From Diplonema japonicum (Eukaryota; Protista; Euglenozoa: Diplonemea): 64,000 bases of DNA. The DNA is taken from positions 372,001 through 436,000 of the forward strand of contig OZ025705.1 in the NCBI GenBank assembly GCA_964019335.1, read 5' to 3'. Both the position numbers and the translations under genes were made by a program. This document shows, piece after piece, positions 44,994-57,195 of the stretch; position 1 is the first letter of the stretch, and the number at the start of each line of letters is the position of its first letter. The notes below the pieces were generated by a model. The model searched no databases, had not been told where the DNA came from, and saw nothing but the letters and a program-made list of their open reading frames with translations.

Positions 44994-46481
44994 TCAAAGA
45001 TGGTCCAACACAGATTTGATGTTGTCAGACAACGGGCACCCCACAGTGATCGTCTCGTCGCCGTGCTGGAAAGACAGTTCTGAAGCGTGGAGGAAGAGCC
45101 GTTTGCACCACTTCTGGTGCCGCTTTGCTCTTTTTGGCCCAGCATATTTCGTATCGCTTACAATCGGGTGGCCAATGTGCGCCAAGTGAGCGCGAATCTG
45201 GTGTGTGCGGCCAGTTTTCGGCGTTGCTGCAACAAGGCTATAGGTGCCATTCCCCTTTTGGTACGTAGCGACAAGCCGAACATGTGTTTCAGCCGGCTTG
45301 CCAGTGTGGTGCACGACAGAGCGGAACTCCGTTGGTGTGTCTAGCAGCTTCAGTTTTTCGCTGATGGTTTGTTCAGGCTCCTCCACGGTCCCGCACACCA
45401 GCGCGTGATAAGTCTTTGTCACGCTACGCTCTCTGAAGGCGTCACCCAGCCACCCCTCGGCCTCCTTCGTCAACGGAACAACCAGCACCCCAGATGTCCC
45501 TTTGTCCAACCTGCTCACCGTGTCCACCCCTTCTTCACACCCACATATCTTGTAAACCTCGGCGACGACGCATTCTGTGGACCACCCGCTGGGCTTGGCA
45601 ACCACTACGTACCCTTCACGATGGTCGAGGATGGTAACAGGTGGCGGTGGCGGGGTGGGCATGCTGTCTTTAGAAGTGCCGGGTTTCGGGTCAGCGTGTT
45701 TCAGGGTCACACAGCAGTTCCCACTGCCCTTGTCGTCGACAACAAAGGCCGCCTTGTCCAACAAGCCCAGAATGGTCGACACCTTGCAGCCTCCAAGGAG
45801 ATCGCGTATTTTTGCATCGCCGCATATTTTAGAAACGGGGAGGGTTCGGCCCAGTGGTGAGCGCGTGCCTTTTTGGACGAGAAGATAGTTTAAACGAGAC
45901 TCGAGAGGAGGGATCGGCGGGGTGTAAAGATCATCTGAATGCGCACGGACGGCGGTGGCACGCAACGAGACATCAGGGACTATGGTGAAACGAGAGTCCT
46001 TTTCAATGAGGGTTAACAGATGCCCGGTAGCCGCCTCCCACCAACTGGGTGTGAACGGCACGTCTTCTCTGCAACACCCTGTGACGCGGGTATAGCTGTG
46101 AAGCAGGTTGGCTATGTTGCTTCTTGATGTGAGGTGTGCTAGTTTGACGTCGCCCTTCCCGCTGACGCATTTTTCTATCATGTTGAGGAGTTGCTTGGCT
46201 TGTTGTTCGCCACTTGAACCCGTACCGTGTGTGGTGTCTTTGATGCCAGGGTGTGTCGTTACCTCCCATTCTACGCTGTTTTTCACCACCTCAAATACTT
46301 GTTCGTGTCGTTTGATGAACTCGAGCAGCTTTTTGTCCCCAAGCCTCTTTTTCACCCATTCGTGGCGAACCAGCAGCAAGCTAAGCGTCACGGTGCCCCC
46401 GTCAAGGAGGATTGCACAACCTACTTCCAGAGCGAGATCCTTTTCCCTCTCCACTTCTTCTGGGGTCATTATTTTTTCCAT
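44994..46481 (-). CDS. RluA-family RNA pseudouridine synthase with N-terminal extension
   Basis: KPSG, RLDKGTSG, TGRTHQIRAHLAHIGHPI and LFLHA motifs. Confidence 0.9.
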   Translation of the reverse strand: MEKIMTPEEVEREKDLALEVGCAILLDGGTVTLSLLLVRHEWVKKRLGDKKLLEFIKRHEQVFEVVKNSVEWEVTTHPGIKDTTHGTGSSGEQQAKQLLNMIEKCVSGKGDVKLAHLTSRSNIANLLHSYTRVTGCCREDVPFTPSWWEAATGHLLTLIEKDSRFTIVPDVSLRATAVRAHSDDLYTPPIPPLESRLNYLLVQKGTRSPLGRTLPVSKICGDAKIRDLLGGCKVSTILGLLDKAAFVVDDKGSGNCCVTLKHADPKPGTSKDSMPTPPPPPVTILDHREGYVVVAKPSGWSTECVVAEVYKICGCEEGVDTVSRLDKGTSGVLVVPLTKEAEGWLGDAFRERSVTKTYHALVCGTVEEPEQTISEKLKLLDTPTEFRSVVHHTGKPAETHVRLVATYQKGNGTYSLVAATPKTGRTHQIRAHLAHIGHPIVSDTKYAGPKRAKRHQKWCKRLFLHASELSFQHGDETITVGCPLSDNIKSVLDHL

Positions 46482-47085
46482 CAGAGATCGGCTTTTACAT
46501 ATGGTAGGTCGCTGGGGGTGTGTTGGTTTTAAAATAGTGTGTTTGAAGGGGCAGGGCAAAAAAAATGCTAAAAGGAGGGGGGGGGGGGGTGAAATTGAAA
46601 AGAAAAAAAAGATCTTTACAGGGGAAAAAAAAAAAAGATGGGGAGCGGATGAAGTGGGGAAGATAAAAACAGGAAGAGAGGGAAAAATGAATGAAAAAGA
46701 AAAAGAAAAGCTGGGGACGCTCCTAACCCAGCTGTGGGCATCGCAAGTTATTTTCATTGAAGAAAAATAAAATGAAGAGGGGGGGAAAGGAAGAAACAGA
46801 AAGATGCGAACAAGACAACCTAGCGGCTAGGGTTTCATCTCCTTTTTTTTTAATTGCTAGCACGGTTTTTCTTTCTTTGAAACCTTGCACTCGCTGAGAG
46901 GGATGTTTTTTTTTTTTTTTTTTTTTAAATTTTTTTCTCTTGAACTATTTGATTGTTTTCTTTCCCCTCTTTGTTCCCCTCTCATCTTTTGTCTAGGTGC
47001 TTGTCAGTCTGGAGCAAGAGGTCGTACGGCAGTATGCAAATTTTCAATTAAAAGGCTCACCTCCCAGAGGTGAATACGGACTCTT

Positions 47086-48432
<1,347 letters not shown>

Positions 48433-48737
48433 TTAGTTTTTTCTTTACGACGGATACAAAAAAAGTGGTCTGTGTGTGGTGCTTTACGTTCCATGTTACG
48501 TGCAACAGAATACTAGAGGGGGGAAGGGAAAGGACATAAGAACGAAAAAGAGGGCTGCAACAGCCGTAGTTTGCTATCCACTCTCTTTTTTTCCTCTTTC
48601 TTTTCCTTTCTTTTCAAAATCAGTTTAAAGACAGGGAAGACTTTCCTACTCAAAATAAAAAATTTCTTTTTTTTATATCTACAATTGCGGGGGGGGGGGG
48701 GGGGGGATAAAGAAAAAGAAAAGGGCACAGAGAGGGC

Positions 48738-49016
48738 TTATTTCCCAGGGAACTGAGCGTTCTTCTGCTGCTCAAGGAGTTCCTGGAACTTCTGCTTGAA
48801 GTGAGCGGAGTGGTCCCTCATCTTCTTGTTGAACTTGTCGGTGTGCTCCTTGATCATCTTCTCGAACTTGTCGTAGTGCTCCTTCATCTCAGGCGACAGG
48901 GTCGACTCGTCGGGCTTGTCCGCGAAGAACTTCTTGTTCTGCTCCTCCATCTTTTTGCTGAACTCGGCATCGAGGCGGTCGAGCTTGTCGCTGAACTCCT
49001 GGTACGTGGTGCACAT
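48738..49016 (-). CDS. KMP11: Kinetoplastid membrane protein 11
   Basis: 92 aa; KLDRLDAEF...FFADKPDESTLSPEMKEHY...HTDKFNKKM. Confidence 0.97.
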   Translation of the reverse strand: MCTTYQEFSDKLDRLDAEFSKKMEEQNKKFFADKPDESTLSPEMKEHYDKFEKMIKEHTDKFNKKMRDHSAHFKQKFQELLEQQKNAQFPGK

Positions 49017-49945
49017 CTTTTTCTTTTTTTTTTTAAAGGTTGTTTGTGTTGTGTGGCCCTTTTGTTGTCTTATTTTGGAAAGAAGAACGATTCATAGAAA
49101 ACACAAAATATAAACAGATTCATTTTTCTCTTTTCCTTCCCCCCTTCCTGTCCCTGACGGCGCCAAAGGATATTCAACGGCCTGAGAGGTCGTCCGAAGG
49201 TTCAGAAGGGGGAAAGGAGAAAGGGAGAGAGGGAGGAAAGTTAAAAAAGAAAAAGAAAAAGAAGAATAAGAAAAGTCGGAGTGTATATTTTCTTAGAAAA
49301 GGGGGCCTTCTCGAGTGCATGCTGGTCACACCACAATAAAAAAAGGTCTTTGTTTTTTATTTTTTTTCCCCCATTTTTTCAAAAATAGAAAAAAAGCCGC
49401 CATTTCCACGTAAAAACGATTTTCGCCTTTCATAAAAGGAAGCAGGGAAGACAGACAGAGGCAACAACCCGTTGCCGTCTGTTGTCGTGTTGAGGAAGAA
49501 AGAAATTGAAAACAAAAAAAGAGAATTAAAAAAAAAAGGAATCGAGGGAGAAGAATATCAGAGGGGGGGGGGGGGGGTTTGAGCAAAAGACGATTGTCAC
49601 AAAAGGGAAAAGGGAAAGGGTCACACATCATGGGTGAGAGAAAAAAAAAAAGAAGGGAAGCCAAAAAATAAAATAAAAATATAATGATGAAGGAAAGCAG
49701 CTGTCCCCTGGGAATACGGGTCCACAGGGAGGAGAACACAGACATGTTGCGTAGCGAAAGACAAAGGCGTGACTCTGAGTCACGAAAGGTCACCCTCGCC
49801 TCACATTGCTGTGCCTCTTCAGATGGTATGGTTCATTTGTTTTGTATTTTATTTTATTTTTGTTTTTCTTTTTAAAAAACTTTTGGCTTGTCATCCTTCA
49901 TTTTTTTTTTCTTCTCATTTCTTCAATCCTCGTTTCATTTTAACA

Positions 49946-49976
<31 letters not shown>

Positions 49977-50074
49977 TTTTCCATCACCCGATGAGCTTGC
50001 ACTGAGAGGCGACGTCGCACTTCACCCTGCACTGGGCGTACCACTGGCTCTGCTGGTAGCAACGGCTCGGTGCC

Positions 50075-50899
50075 TCACAGCAAGAGGGTGCAGCTCCCCC
50101 ACTCCGCGATCTTGGGACCAGAGCAGGTGCCCGCGGGAGAGGGCGGGTTCGTGGGGACAGGTGTGGGGACAGGGGTCGACACGGGAACAGTGGACCCACC
50201 TGCTGGGGTGGGTGTGGGTGTGGGGGTGGGTGCAGGTGTGGGAACAGGTGTCGCGGTGGTGGTACTGCCACCGTTGCTGCTGCTGCCACCGTTTCCATTG
50301 CCGCTGCTGCTGCCACCACCAAAGTTGTTGCTGGCACCGTTGAAGTCAAGGTCGATGGCGTTGTAGAAGCTGGCAGAGGTGTCACCGACATCCCAGACTG
50401 CAAGGACCACGTGGTAGCCGCTCCTGGTCGGGACCGTGCAGGAGTGGGTCACCCCAGAGAGAGGAGGCTGCTGCATCTCCCCGTCCACCGTGCAGAAGGG
50501 GGTCCCCTCCAAGGTCTCCCTCCCGAGAGGGTCCACCCCGTTCCACCCTTCCTTCGTGATGAAGTACCTCCAGTCCCGCGTCACGTGGTTCGCCCTGAAG
50601 GCCCACGTGAAGTCCATCGCCCCGCTGCTCACAGAGGTCTTCGCCCACCTCGTCGTCGACTGCTCGTTCAGGGGCGCCCAGGTGTCCTTCCCAGCAGCAG
50701 CCACCGTCCCGTCCGCAGGGCCCGTCTCGGGGTACCGGTCCTCCCCCTCCACGCTCTGCGGCTCGTACTGCACCGCCCCGCAGTTCGTGTTCCTCTTCTG
50801 GTTGCACGACCAGCTCCTCGACGACGGGGTCACCACGTAGCCGTGCCCCTGTGCTGAGGCGAACAGGGCGGTCACGCAGACAACAGAGCGCAGCATCAT
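50075..50899 (-). CDS. AA10 LPMO copy with an intact catalytic domain; CBM1-like module truncated by an 8-nt deletion
   Basis: Lacks acgacagg relative to 2618-2625 and ends WGSCTLLL*. The remainder of the CBM lies in another frame, ending at 49984. Confidence 0.85.
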   Translation of the reverse strand: MMLRSVVCVTALFASAQGHGYVVTPSSRSWSCNQKRNTNCGAVQYEPQSVEGEDRYPETGPADGTVAAAGKDTWAPLNEQSTTRWAKTSVSSGAMDFTWAFRANHVTRDWRYFITKEGWNGVDPLGRETLEGTPFCTVDGEMQQPPLSGVTHSCTVPTRSGYHVVLAVWDVGDTSASFYNAIDLDFNGASNNFGGGSSSGNGNGGSSSNGGSTTTATPVPTPAPTPTPTPTPAGGSTVPVSTPVPTPVPTNPPSPAGTCSGPKIAEWGSCTLLL

Positions 50900-50906
50900 T
50901 TCTTTG

Positions 50907-50937
<31 letters not shown>

Positions 50938-51448
50938 TGTTTGGGGGTTACAAAAACCTGTGTGCGTTGAGAGGTGGATAGGAAAGGAGAAGGAAGGGTG
51001 ACTAAAGGAAATAAAGAAGCCCCTCCCTCAACTCTGTACCAAAGCAACGGGGGCAAAATACAGAAAGGGGGTGAGTAAAAAAGAAAAAAAAAAGAGAAAG
51101 ATACGAGAAGAAGAGGGAAGGAACAAGAGTGGGAAAAGGGCATTGCAACCTCTAGTTCCAGCTTGCATCCTTCTTCTCCCTTCCAACTCTTGTTTTCTTT
51201 CGGGCACAATTTTGCACCCTACAGTGTCCTTGGCAGAGTCTTTAAGAAGAAGAGACTGAGAAACGATCGCATAAAAGGAAAAGATAAGAAAAGAAAAGAG
51301 AGGAAGATGGTATCGCGCGGTTGGTTACTACTGTTTTCTTTTTCTTTCTTTCTAAAAAGAAGAAGGGTCATGAGGTTAGGTATTTTTTTTAGTACATAAT
51401 CCCCTTCTTTTTTTTTTTTTTTTTTTAAAGTCTGTCATCTCCTCACCC

Positions 51449-52018
51449 CTAGTTCCCACTCCATCCAGAGTAACCGGCCTTGGGGAGGGTGATGTCGAGC
51501 TCCTGCCTGAAGAGGATGCCGGTGTTGTCAGTCTGGGGTTCAGGGGTGGTGGCGAGGACCCCCTTGGCCCCCTTGAAGTCGCCAGTCCCGCCAATGATGG
51601 AGACGTACGAGGTGTGCATGTCGGACTCCCTCCCCGAGACCTGGAGGGTCCCCTCGTAGCCAGACTCCTCGTAGAAGGTGAGGGTCCAGGTGCACTGGCC
51701 CCAGTTGTTCTCCGGGTCGTCGGGGAGGCTCGGGTGGTCCTTCCCGCTCCAGTCGGGCTTCCCGGGGTCCGTCCTGATGCAGTACCCAGCGTTCCGACCG
51801 ATCACCGACTTGCACGAGTCGTCCGCCAGAAGCTTCTGGTCGAACACGAAGATGTCCCCAGGGGAGTCCAGCCCGTCCTCCACGTCGGCGCTCTGCCTGA
51901 TCCCCCCGTCGGGGCGCCCGTCAGCGAACGTCGTGAACTCGATGTGGCGGCGGTGCCATCCAACGAAGCCCTGCGCCGTTCCCGCCAGCATCAACACCAT
52001 CAGAGAGGCCTTCGACAT
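51449..52018 (-). CDS. Secreted AOC/dirigent-like protein, copy 2
   Basis: Protein identical to that of 3968-4537. Confidence 0.8.
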   Translation of the reverse strand: MSKASLMVLMLAGTAQGFVGWHRRHIEFTTFADGRPDGGIRQSADVEDGLDSPGDIFVFDQKLLADDSCKSVIGRNAGYCIRTDPGKPDWSGKDHPSLPDDPENNWGQCTWTLTFYEESGYEGTLQVSGRESDMHTSYVSIIGGTGDFKGAKGVLATTPEPQTDNTGILFRQELDITLPKAGYSGWSGN

Positions 52019-52469
52019 TTCTAGAGAGAGTGAGAGAGAGAGAGTGTGTGTGTGTGTGTGTGAAAGAAAAGGTTCCTGGTGTGTGTGTGTGGGTGGGTGT
52101 GGTATGTCACTTTCAAAGAAAAAGAAAATAAATAGAAAAGGACTGCAGGACTGAGCTTCCCCCTCTCTACCCCTCAAAACAAGAGTCATCGACTACCCGT
52201 CGTCGGGGAATGGTGAGGGAGGGGGCCTTCTTCCTGTCAATGCAGAGAAAACAGAGAGAGAGGGAGAGAGAGGGTAATATATATATGAAAAAAAAAAGGG
52301 GCCGCCAATGTGGCGGCGCTTCGCACGGTTGGGTAAGAAGAATACGTTGGTTTCGTTCAATTTCTCTTTGGTACAGATTTCAAAACTAGGTCTCTTTTTT
52401 TAAAGGCTTTTTTTTTTTTTTTTTTTTTTTTTTTCTTTTCGTTTCAGCAAACTACGAAGAAGAGGAAAA

Positions 52470-53057
52470 TCAGTTCTTGCGGATCTCAAGAACCTGCCTG
52501 AAGAGGACGCCTCCGGCTGCCTGGGGTTCCGGGTTGGTGAGGAGCTCACCCCAGGCCCCCTTGAAGTCGCCAGTCCCGCCGACGATGGAGACAGCGGAGA
52601 CACCTGCATCGGACTCCCTCCCTGAGACCTGGAGGGTCCCGACGTAGCCGGAGCCAGCGCCCTCGTAGAAGGTGAGGGTCCAGGTGCACTGGCCCCAGTT
52701 GTTCTCCGGGTCGTCGGGGAGGGTGGGGTGGTCCTTCCCGCTCCAGTCGGGCTTCCCGGGGTCCGTCCTGATGCAGTACCCAGCGTTTCGACCGATCACA
52801 GTCGTCGAGTCGTCCGCAAGGAGCTTCTGGTCGAACACGAAGACGTCCCCAGGGGAGTCCAGCCCGTCCTCCACGTCGGCGCTCTGCCTGATCCCCCCGT
52901 CGGGGCGCCCGTCAGCGAACGTCGTGAACTCAATCTTCCCGCGGTGGTGGTGGCCTCCGCCCCAGCCCCACAGGGCACGGCCGCTGTGGCGGCCCGCAGC
53001 CCCCCCTGCAGAGGCAACCCCAAGGAGGGCAAACATTACTGCTACTCTTGTCATCAT
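52470..53057 (-). CDS. Secreted AOC/dirigent-like protein, paralog 3
   Basis: Same barrel core; different signal peptide and Gly/His-rich N-terminus; shorter C-terminus. Confidence 0.8.
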   Translation of the reverse strand: MMTRVAVMFALLGVASAGGAAGRHSGRALWGWGGGHHHRGKIEFTTFADGRPDGGIRQSADVEDGLDSPGDVFVFDQKLLADDSTTVIGRNAGYCIRTDPGKPDWSGKDHPTLPDDPENNWGQCTWTLTFYEGAGSGYVGTLQVSGRESDAGVSAVSIVGGTGDFKGAWGELLTNPEPQAAGGVLFRQVLEIRKN

Positions 53058-53940
53058 TTTTTCGGGGTTTTTTTTTTCTTTTTTTTTTCTTCTCCTTCTT
53101 TTTTTTAGGTAGTACGGATATGTCCTGGTGTGCGGGTAGTTCGACAAATAGAAACAAAAAAAAAAAAAAAAGGGAATCAAGAAAATAAGAAAACAAACAA
53201 CAGAAAACAAAAATAAAGGCTCCATGACAGTGCCTTGTAAGCAAGTAAGAGTAAAAGGGTAGGGAGGAATGGTAGGGAGGGGTTTGTATTCAGTCGACTT
53301 GCGACTATGTATTGATGTTCGCTTACGGTTCACTTTCCGTTTTAAAAAAAAACAAAAAACTATTTCTTCTACTAAGAAACAAAAAAGGGTGGGGGGAAGA
53401 TGCATCGGTGGAAATCATCACAATGCCATCTCCCACATCATCCGTTTCAATTTCAACAGCGCGAATAAAATTCGTCCGCAGAATTAGAAAGAGATAATTG
53501 GGACGGGAGAAGGGGGAAAAGCAATAGGCCATCTATTCGCGATACTTTTTTCCGATCAAACCAGCTATGTTCTTTCTGTTTCATCCATTTGCTTTCATAC
53601 ATTCACAGCTTGTTATCAAGTGAAATGACATGTAAGAAAAGGACTTCAAAAGGAATGAGTTCCCTCCAACCGGGACCGAATTCATCGCATGTGGTATTTG
53701 GTAGTTAGTTGCAACGAAGAGAAAAGAAGGAACGAATATGTTACCTCTTCTATTCTCCTTCTTTGAAGCTTTCGAAAATCGAGTCTAATCTGACGTGTTT
53801 GTCAAGGATTATGTACAAATTTATGTAAGAGAGGAAAAGGAGGCCAGTCTGGTCTGTTGGCGCCAAAATATATATCGCTAGTTCATTCATTCACTAAGTT
53901 CTTGTTGTTGTTCGCATTATGTGTATTGTATTTATGACTT

Positions 53941-56487
53941 CTAAACATCCACATCCTCATTGCTGTCCTCCAACTCCTCCACCAAGGCAGTCTCCTGTGG
54001 TCCAGAAACTCTTTTCGGCCTGTAGGTCACCACCGCTACCACAACAGCCAGTCCACTAAAGCTTCCAACAAGTGCAACAAGCCACGTGCTGTGTGTGTTC
54101 TCACTCTCCACAGTGGTGTCCTTCTGTGTGGCTTCAAGTGATGTCGCAAATCGAGATTCGGGAAGACTGTCGTTGCCAGTCGTGTTGGACGGGACAAGGA
54201 TGCTGCCGTTGCCAGTCATGTTGGACGGGACAGGGATGTTTCCGTTACCAGTCATGTTTGACGGGACAGGGATGCTGCCATTGCCAGTCATGTTGGATGG
54301 GACTGGGATGCTGCCGTTGCCAGTCATGTTGGATGAGATAGGGATGCTGCCATTGCCAGTGGTGTTGGACGGGACAGGGATGCTACCATTGCCAGTCATG
54401 TTGGACGGGACACGGATGCTGCCATTGCCAGTCATGTTGGATGGGACAGGGATGCTTCCGTTGCCAGTCATGTTTGACGGGACAGGGATGCTGCCGTTGC
54501 CAGTGGTGTTGGATGGGACTGGGATGCTGCCGTTGCCAGTCATGTTGGTACCATCAGGGATGACATCGCTACCAGTCATGTTGGCAGGGACAGGGATGAC
54601 ATCGCTACCAGTCATGTTGGATGGGACAGGGATGCTTCCGTTACCAGTCATGTTTGACGGGACTGGGATGCTGCCATTGCCAGTCATGTTGGATGGGACT
54701 GGGATGCTGCCGTTGCCAGTCATGTTGGTACCATCAGGGATGACATCGCTACCAGTCATGTTGGCAGGGACAGGGATGACATCGCTACCAGTCATGTTGG
54801 ATGGGACAGGGATGCTGCCATTGCCAGTGGTGTTGGACGGGACAGGGATGCTACCATTGCCAGTCATGTTGGACGGGACAGGGATGCTGCCGTTGCCAGT
54901 CATGTTTGACGGGACAGGGATGCTGCCGTTTCCAGTCATGTTGGACGGGACGGGGATGCTTCCGTTACCAGTCATGTTGGCAGGGACAGGGATGACATCG
55001 CTACCAGTCATGTTGGACGGGACAGGGATGCTTCCGTTGCCAGTCATGTTAGCAGCGACAGGGATGCTTCCGTTGCCAGTCATGTTTGACGGGACAGGGA
55101 TGCTGCCGTTGCCAGTGGTGTTGGATGGGACAGGGATGCTGCCGTTGCCAGTCATGTTGGACGGGACAGGGATGCTACCATTGCCAGTCATGTTGGATGG
55201 GACGGGGATGCTTCCGTTGCCAGTCATGTTGGATGGGACAGGGATGCTACCATTGCCAGTCATGTTAGCAGCGACAGGGATGCTTCCGTTGCCAGTCATG
55301 TTTGACGGGACAGGGATGCCGCCATTGCCAGTCATGTTGGACGGGACAGGGATGCTTCCGTTACCAGTCACGTTGGATGGGACAGGGATGCTGCCGTTTT
55401 CAGTCATGTTGGATGGAACAGGGATGCTGCCGTTGCCAGTCGTGTTGGACGGGACAGGGATGCTTCCGTTGCCAGTCATGTTGGACGGGACAGGGATGCT
55501 GCCATTACCAGTCATGTTGGATGGGACAGGGATGCTGCCATTGCCAGTCATGTTGGACGGGACAGGGATGACATCGCTACCAGTCATGTTGGACGGGACA
55601 GGGATGCTGCCATTGCCAGTCATGTTGGATGGGACAGGGATGCTGCCATTGCCAGTCATGTTGGATGGGACAGGGATGCTGCCGTTTCCAGTCATGTTGG
55701 ACGGGACGGGGATGCTTCCGTTACCAGTCATGTTGGCAGGGACAGGGATGACATCGCTACCAGTCATGTTGGACGGGATAGGGATGCTACCATTGCCAGT
55801 CATGTTGGATGGGACAGGGATGCTGCCGTTGCCAGTCATGTTGGATGGGACGGGGATGCTTCCGTTGCCAGTCATGTTGGACAGGACAGGGATGCTGCCG
55901 TTTCCAGTCATGTTGGACGGGACAGGGATGACATCGCTACCAGTCATGTTAGCAGGGACAGGGATGCTGCCATTGCCAGTCATGTTGGGCGGGACAGGGA
56001 TGCTTCCGTTGCCAGTCATGTTGGATGGGACAGGGATGCTGCCATTGCCAGTCATGTTTGACGGGACAGGGATGCTTCCGTTGCCAGTCATGTTGGACGG
56101 GACAGGGATGCTGCCGTTGCCAGTCATGTTGGATGGGACAGGGATGCTGCCATTGCCAGTCATGTTGGACGGGACAGGGATGCTACCGTTGTCAGTCATG
56201 TTGGACGGAACGGGGATGCTGCCGTTACCAGTCATGTTGGCAGGGACAGGGATGCTGCCGTTGCCAGTGGTGTTGGACGGGACAGGGATGTTTCCCTCGG
56301 TAGTGTTGTCACCCGGAACCGTCAGAAAAGAGGTGCTGTTTGATCCATTGCCGCTCGGAACAGGTAAAGGGTGACTCTCGTTGGTGCTGTTTCCTGTGTT
56401 AGGAGTGATGTCACCGTCGTTGCCAGTCTCGTAGTAAATTTGCTGCGACAGAACAACAGCTCCCACAACTGAGAGGAGGGAAAGCAT
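53941..56487 (-). CDS. Type I membrane glycoprotein built of ~59 12-aa repeats (NMTGNGSIPVPS)
   Basis: Signal peptide, repeat array, TM segment WLVALVGSFSGLAVVVAVVTY and short acidic tail. Confidence 0.88.
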   Translation of the reverse strand: MLSLLSVVGAVVLSQQIYYETGNDGDITPNTGNSTNESHPLPVPSGNGSNSTSFLTVPGDNTTEGNIPVPSNTTGNGSIPVPANMTGNGSIPVPSNMTDNGSIPVPSNMTGNGSIPVPSNMTGNGSIPVPSNMTGNGSIPVPSNMTGNGSIPVPSNMTGNGSIPVPPNMTGNGSIPVPANMTGSDVIPVPSNMTGNGSIPVLSNMTGNGSIPVPSNMTGNGSIPVPSNMTGNGSIPIPSNMTGSDVIPVPANMTGNGSIPVPSNMTGNGSIPVPSNMTGNGSIPVPSNMTGNGSIPVPSNMTGSDVIPVPSNMTGNGSIPVPSNMTGNGSIPVPSNMTGNGSIPVPSNTTGNGSIPVPSNMTENGSIPVPSNVTGNGSIPVPSNMTGNGGIPVPSNMTGNGSIPVAANMTGNGSIPVPSNMTGNGSIPVPSNMTGNGSIPVPSNMTGNGSIPVPSNTTGNGSIPVPSNMTGNGSIPVAANMTGNGSIPVPSNMTGSDVIPVPANMTGNGSIPVPSNMTGNGSIPVPSNMTGNGSIPVPSNMTGNGSIPVPSNTTGNGSIPVPSNMTGSDVIPVPANMTGSDVIPDGTNMTGNGSIPVPSNMTGNGSIPVPSNMTGNGSIPVPSNMTGSDVIPVPANMTGSDVIPDGTNMTGNGSIPVPSNTTGNGSIPVPSNMTGNGSIPVPSNMTGNGSIRVPSNMTGNGSIPVPSNTTGNGSIPISSNMTGNGSIPVPSNMTGNGSIPVPSNMTGNGNIPVPSNMTGNGSILVPSNTTGNDSLPESRFATSLEATQKDTTVESENTHSTWLVALVGSFSGLAVVVAVVTYRPKRVSGPQETALVEELEDSNEDVDV
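54170..56290. repeat. 36-bp coding tandem array (~59 units)
   Basis: Unit resembles ccagtcatgttggacgggacagggatgctgccgttg, with mostly third-position variation. Confidence 0.97.
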
Positions 56488-56628
56488 TTTTTTTTTTTTT
56501 TTTTTTTTTTGTGTGATTTTAAAACTGTTGTTTGAAAAAAATGGTCAGCTCGTGTTTGAAACAAAAAAAAAAAAAAAAAAAAAAAAACGAAAATTTCTCA
56601 TCTCTCCCTACAATAATCTAGCTCTCAC

Positions 56629-57195
56629 CTAAACCCCTTTGACAGCTTTTGTTTGACTGTAATGGAGCATATCTTTCAAGAAGCTCTCGTCAGTATAGGA
56701 ACCGATGTCATCATTGAAAACGATTTCTGTGACGTAAAGTGGCCAGGCAGGGAAGCCATAAATGGACCTACTCAGGCCAAAAACGAATAACATCTCAGGG
56801 TCGGCGCCCTTAAATGGGGGAAGATTCTTGGTGATGAGTTCTTCAGAGATATCGGCACGGTCATGCGACTTTGTGAAATCATCGAAGGTTTTCTTACCGT
56901 CTTTTATGCTGAGCAATCTGGTGGCACCTTCTATGGATGGGAGGACGCCCTGTTCTGTATGGTAAAGGGTTACATCAGTGGCCCCAAAGCTCCGTATTTT
57001 TCGAATGAACTCTTTTATACATTCGTGGTTTTTCTCAGACCCATCCTGTAGGACAACAGCTACCCGATGAGGTGAACGTTCTATTTGTTCTTTTGTTATT
57101 TTCTTGGAAACTGCCTTGAAAACGACGGCTAGTATACAAGCTGCATATAATGCAGTCGTAAAGGCGGGTGAGGAGTACATCGTGGTGTATGACAT
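56629..57195 (-). CDS. NUS1: Nus1/NgBR-like cis-prenyltransferase subunit
   Basis: N-terminal TM; PHRVAVV; DPEMLFVFG..SIYGFPAWPLYVTEI; C-terminal YSQTKAVKGV. Confidence 0.75.
   Translation of the reverse strand: MSYTTMYSSPAFTTALYAACILAVVFKAVSKKITKEQIERSPHRVAVVLQDGSEKNHECIKEFIRKIRSFGATDVTLYHTEQGVLPSIEGATRLLSIKDGKKTFDDFTKSHDRADISEELITKNLPPFKGADPEMLFVFGLSRSIYGFPAWPLYVTEIVFNDDIGSYTDESFLKDMLHYSQTKAVKGV

Larger units (their letters stand above)
49123..52076. repeat. ~3.0 kb segmental duplication, copy B
   Basis: Near-identical to 1572-4596. Confidence 0.95.

Noticed and set aside
54170-56290. 36-bp repeats as a CRISPR array
   Set aside because: Units are contiguous with no unique spacers, vary at codon third positions and encode a protein repeat; there are no cas genes
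54086-56374. 762-aa plus-strand ORF
   Set aside because: Antisense shadow of the stop-free repeat; the minus-strand frame has the signal peptide and TM helix
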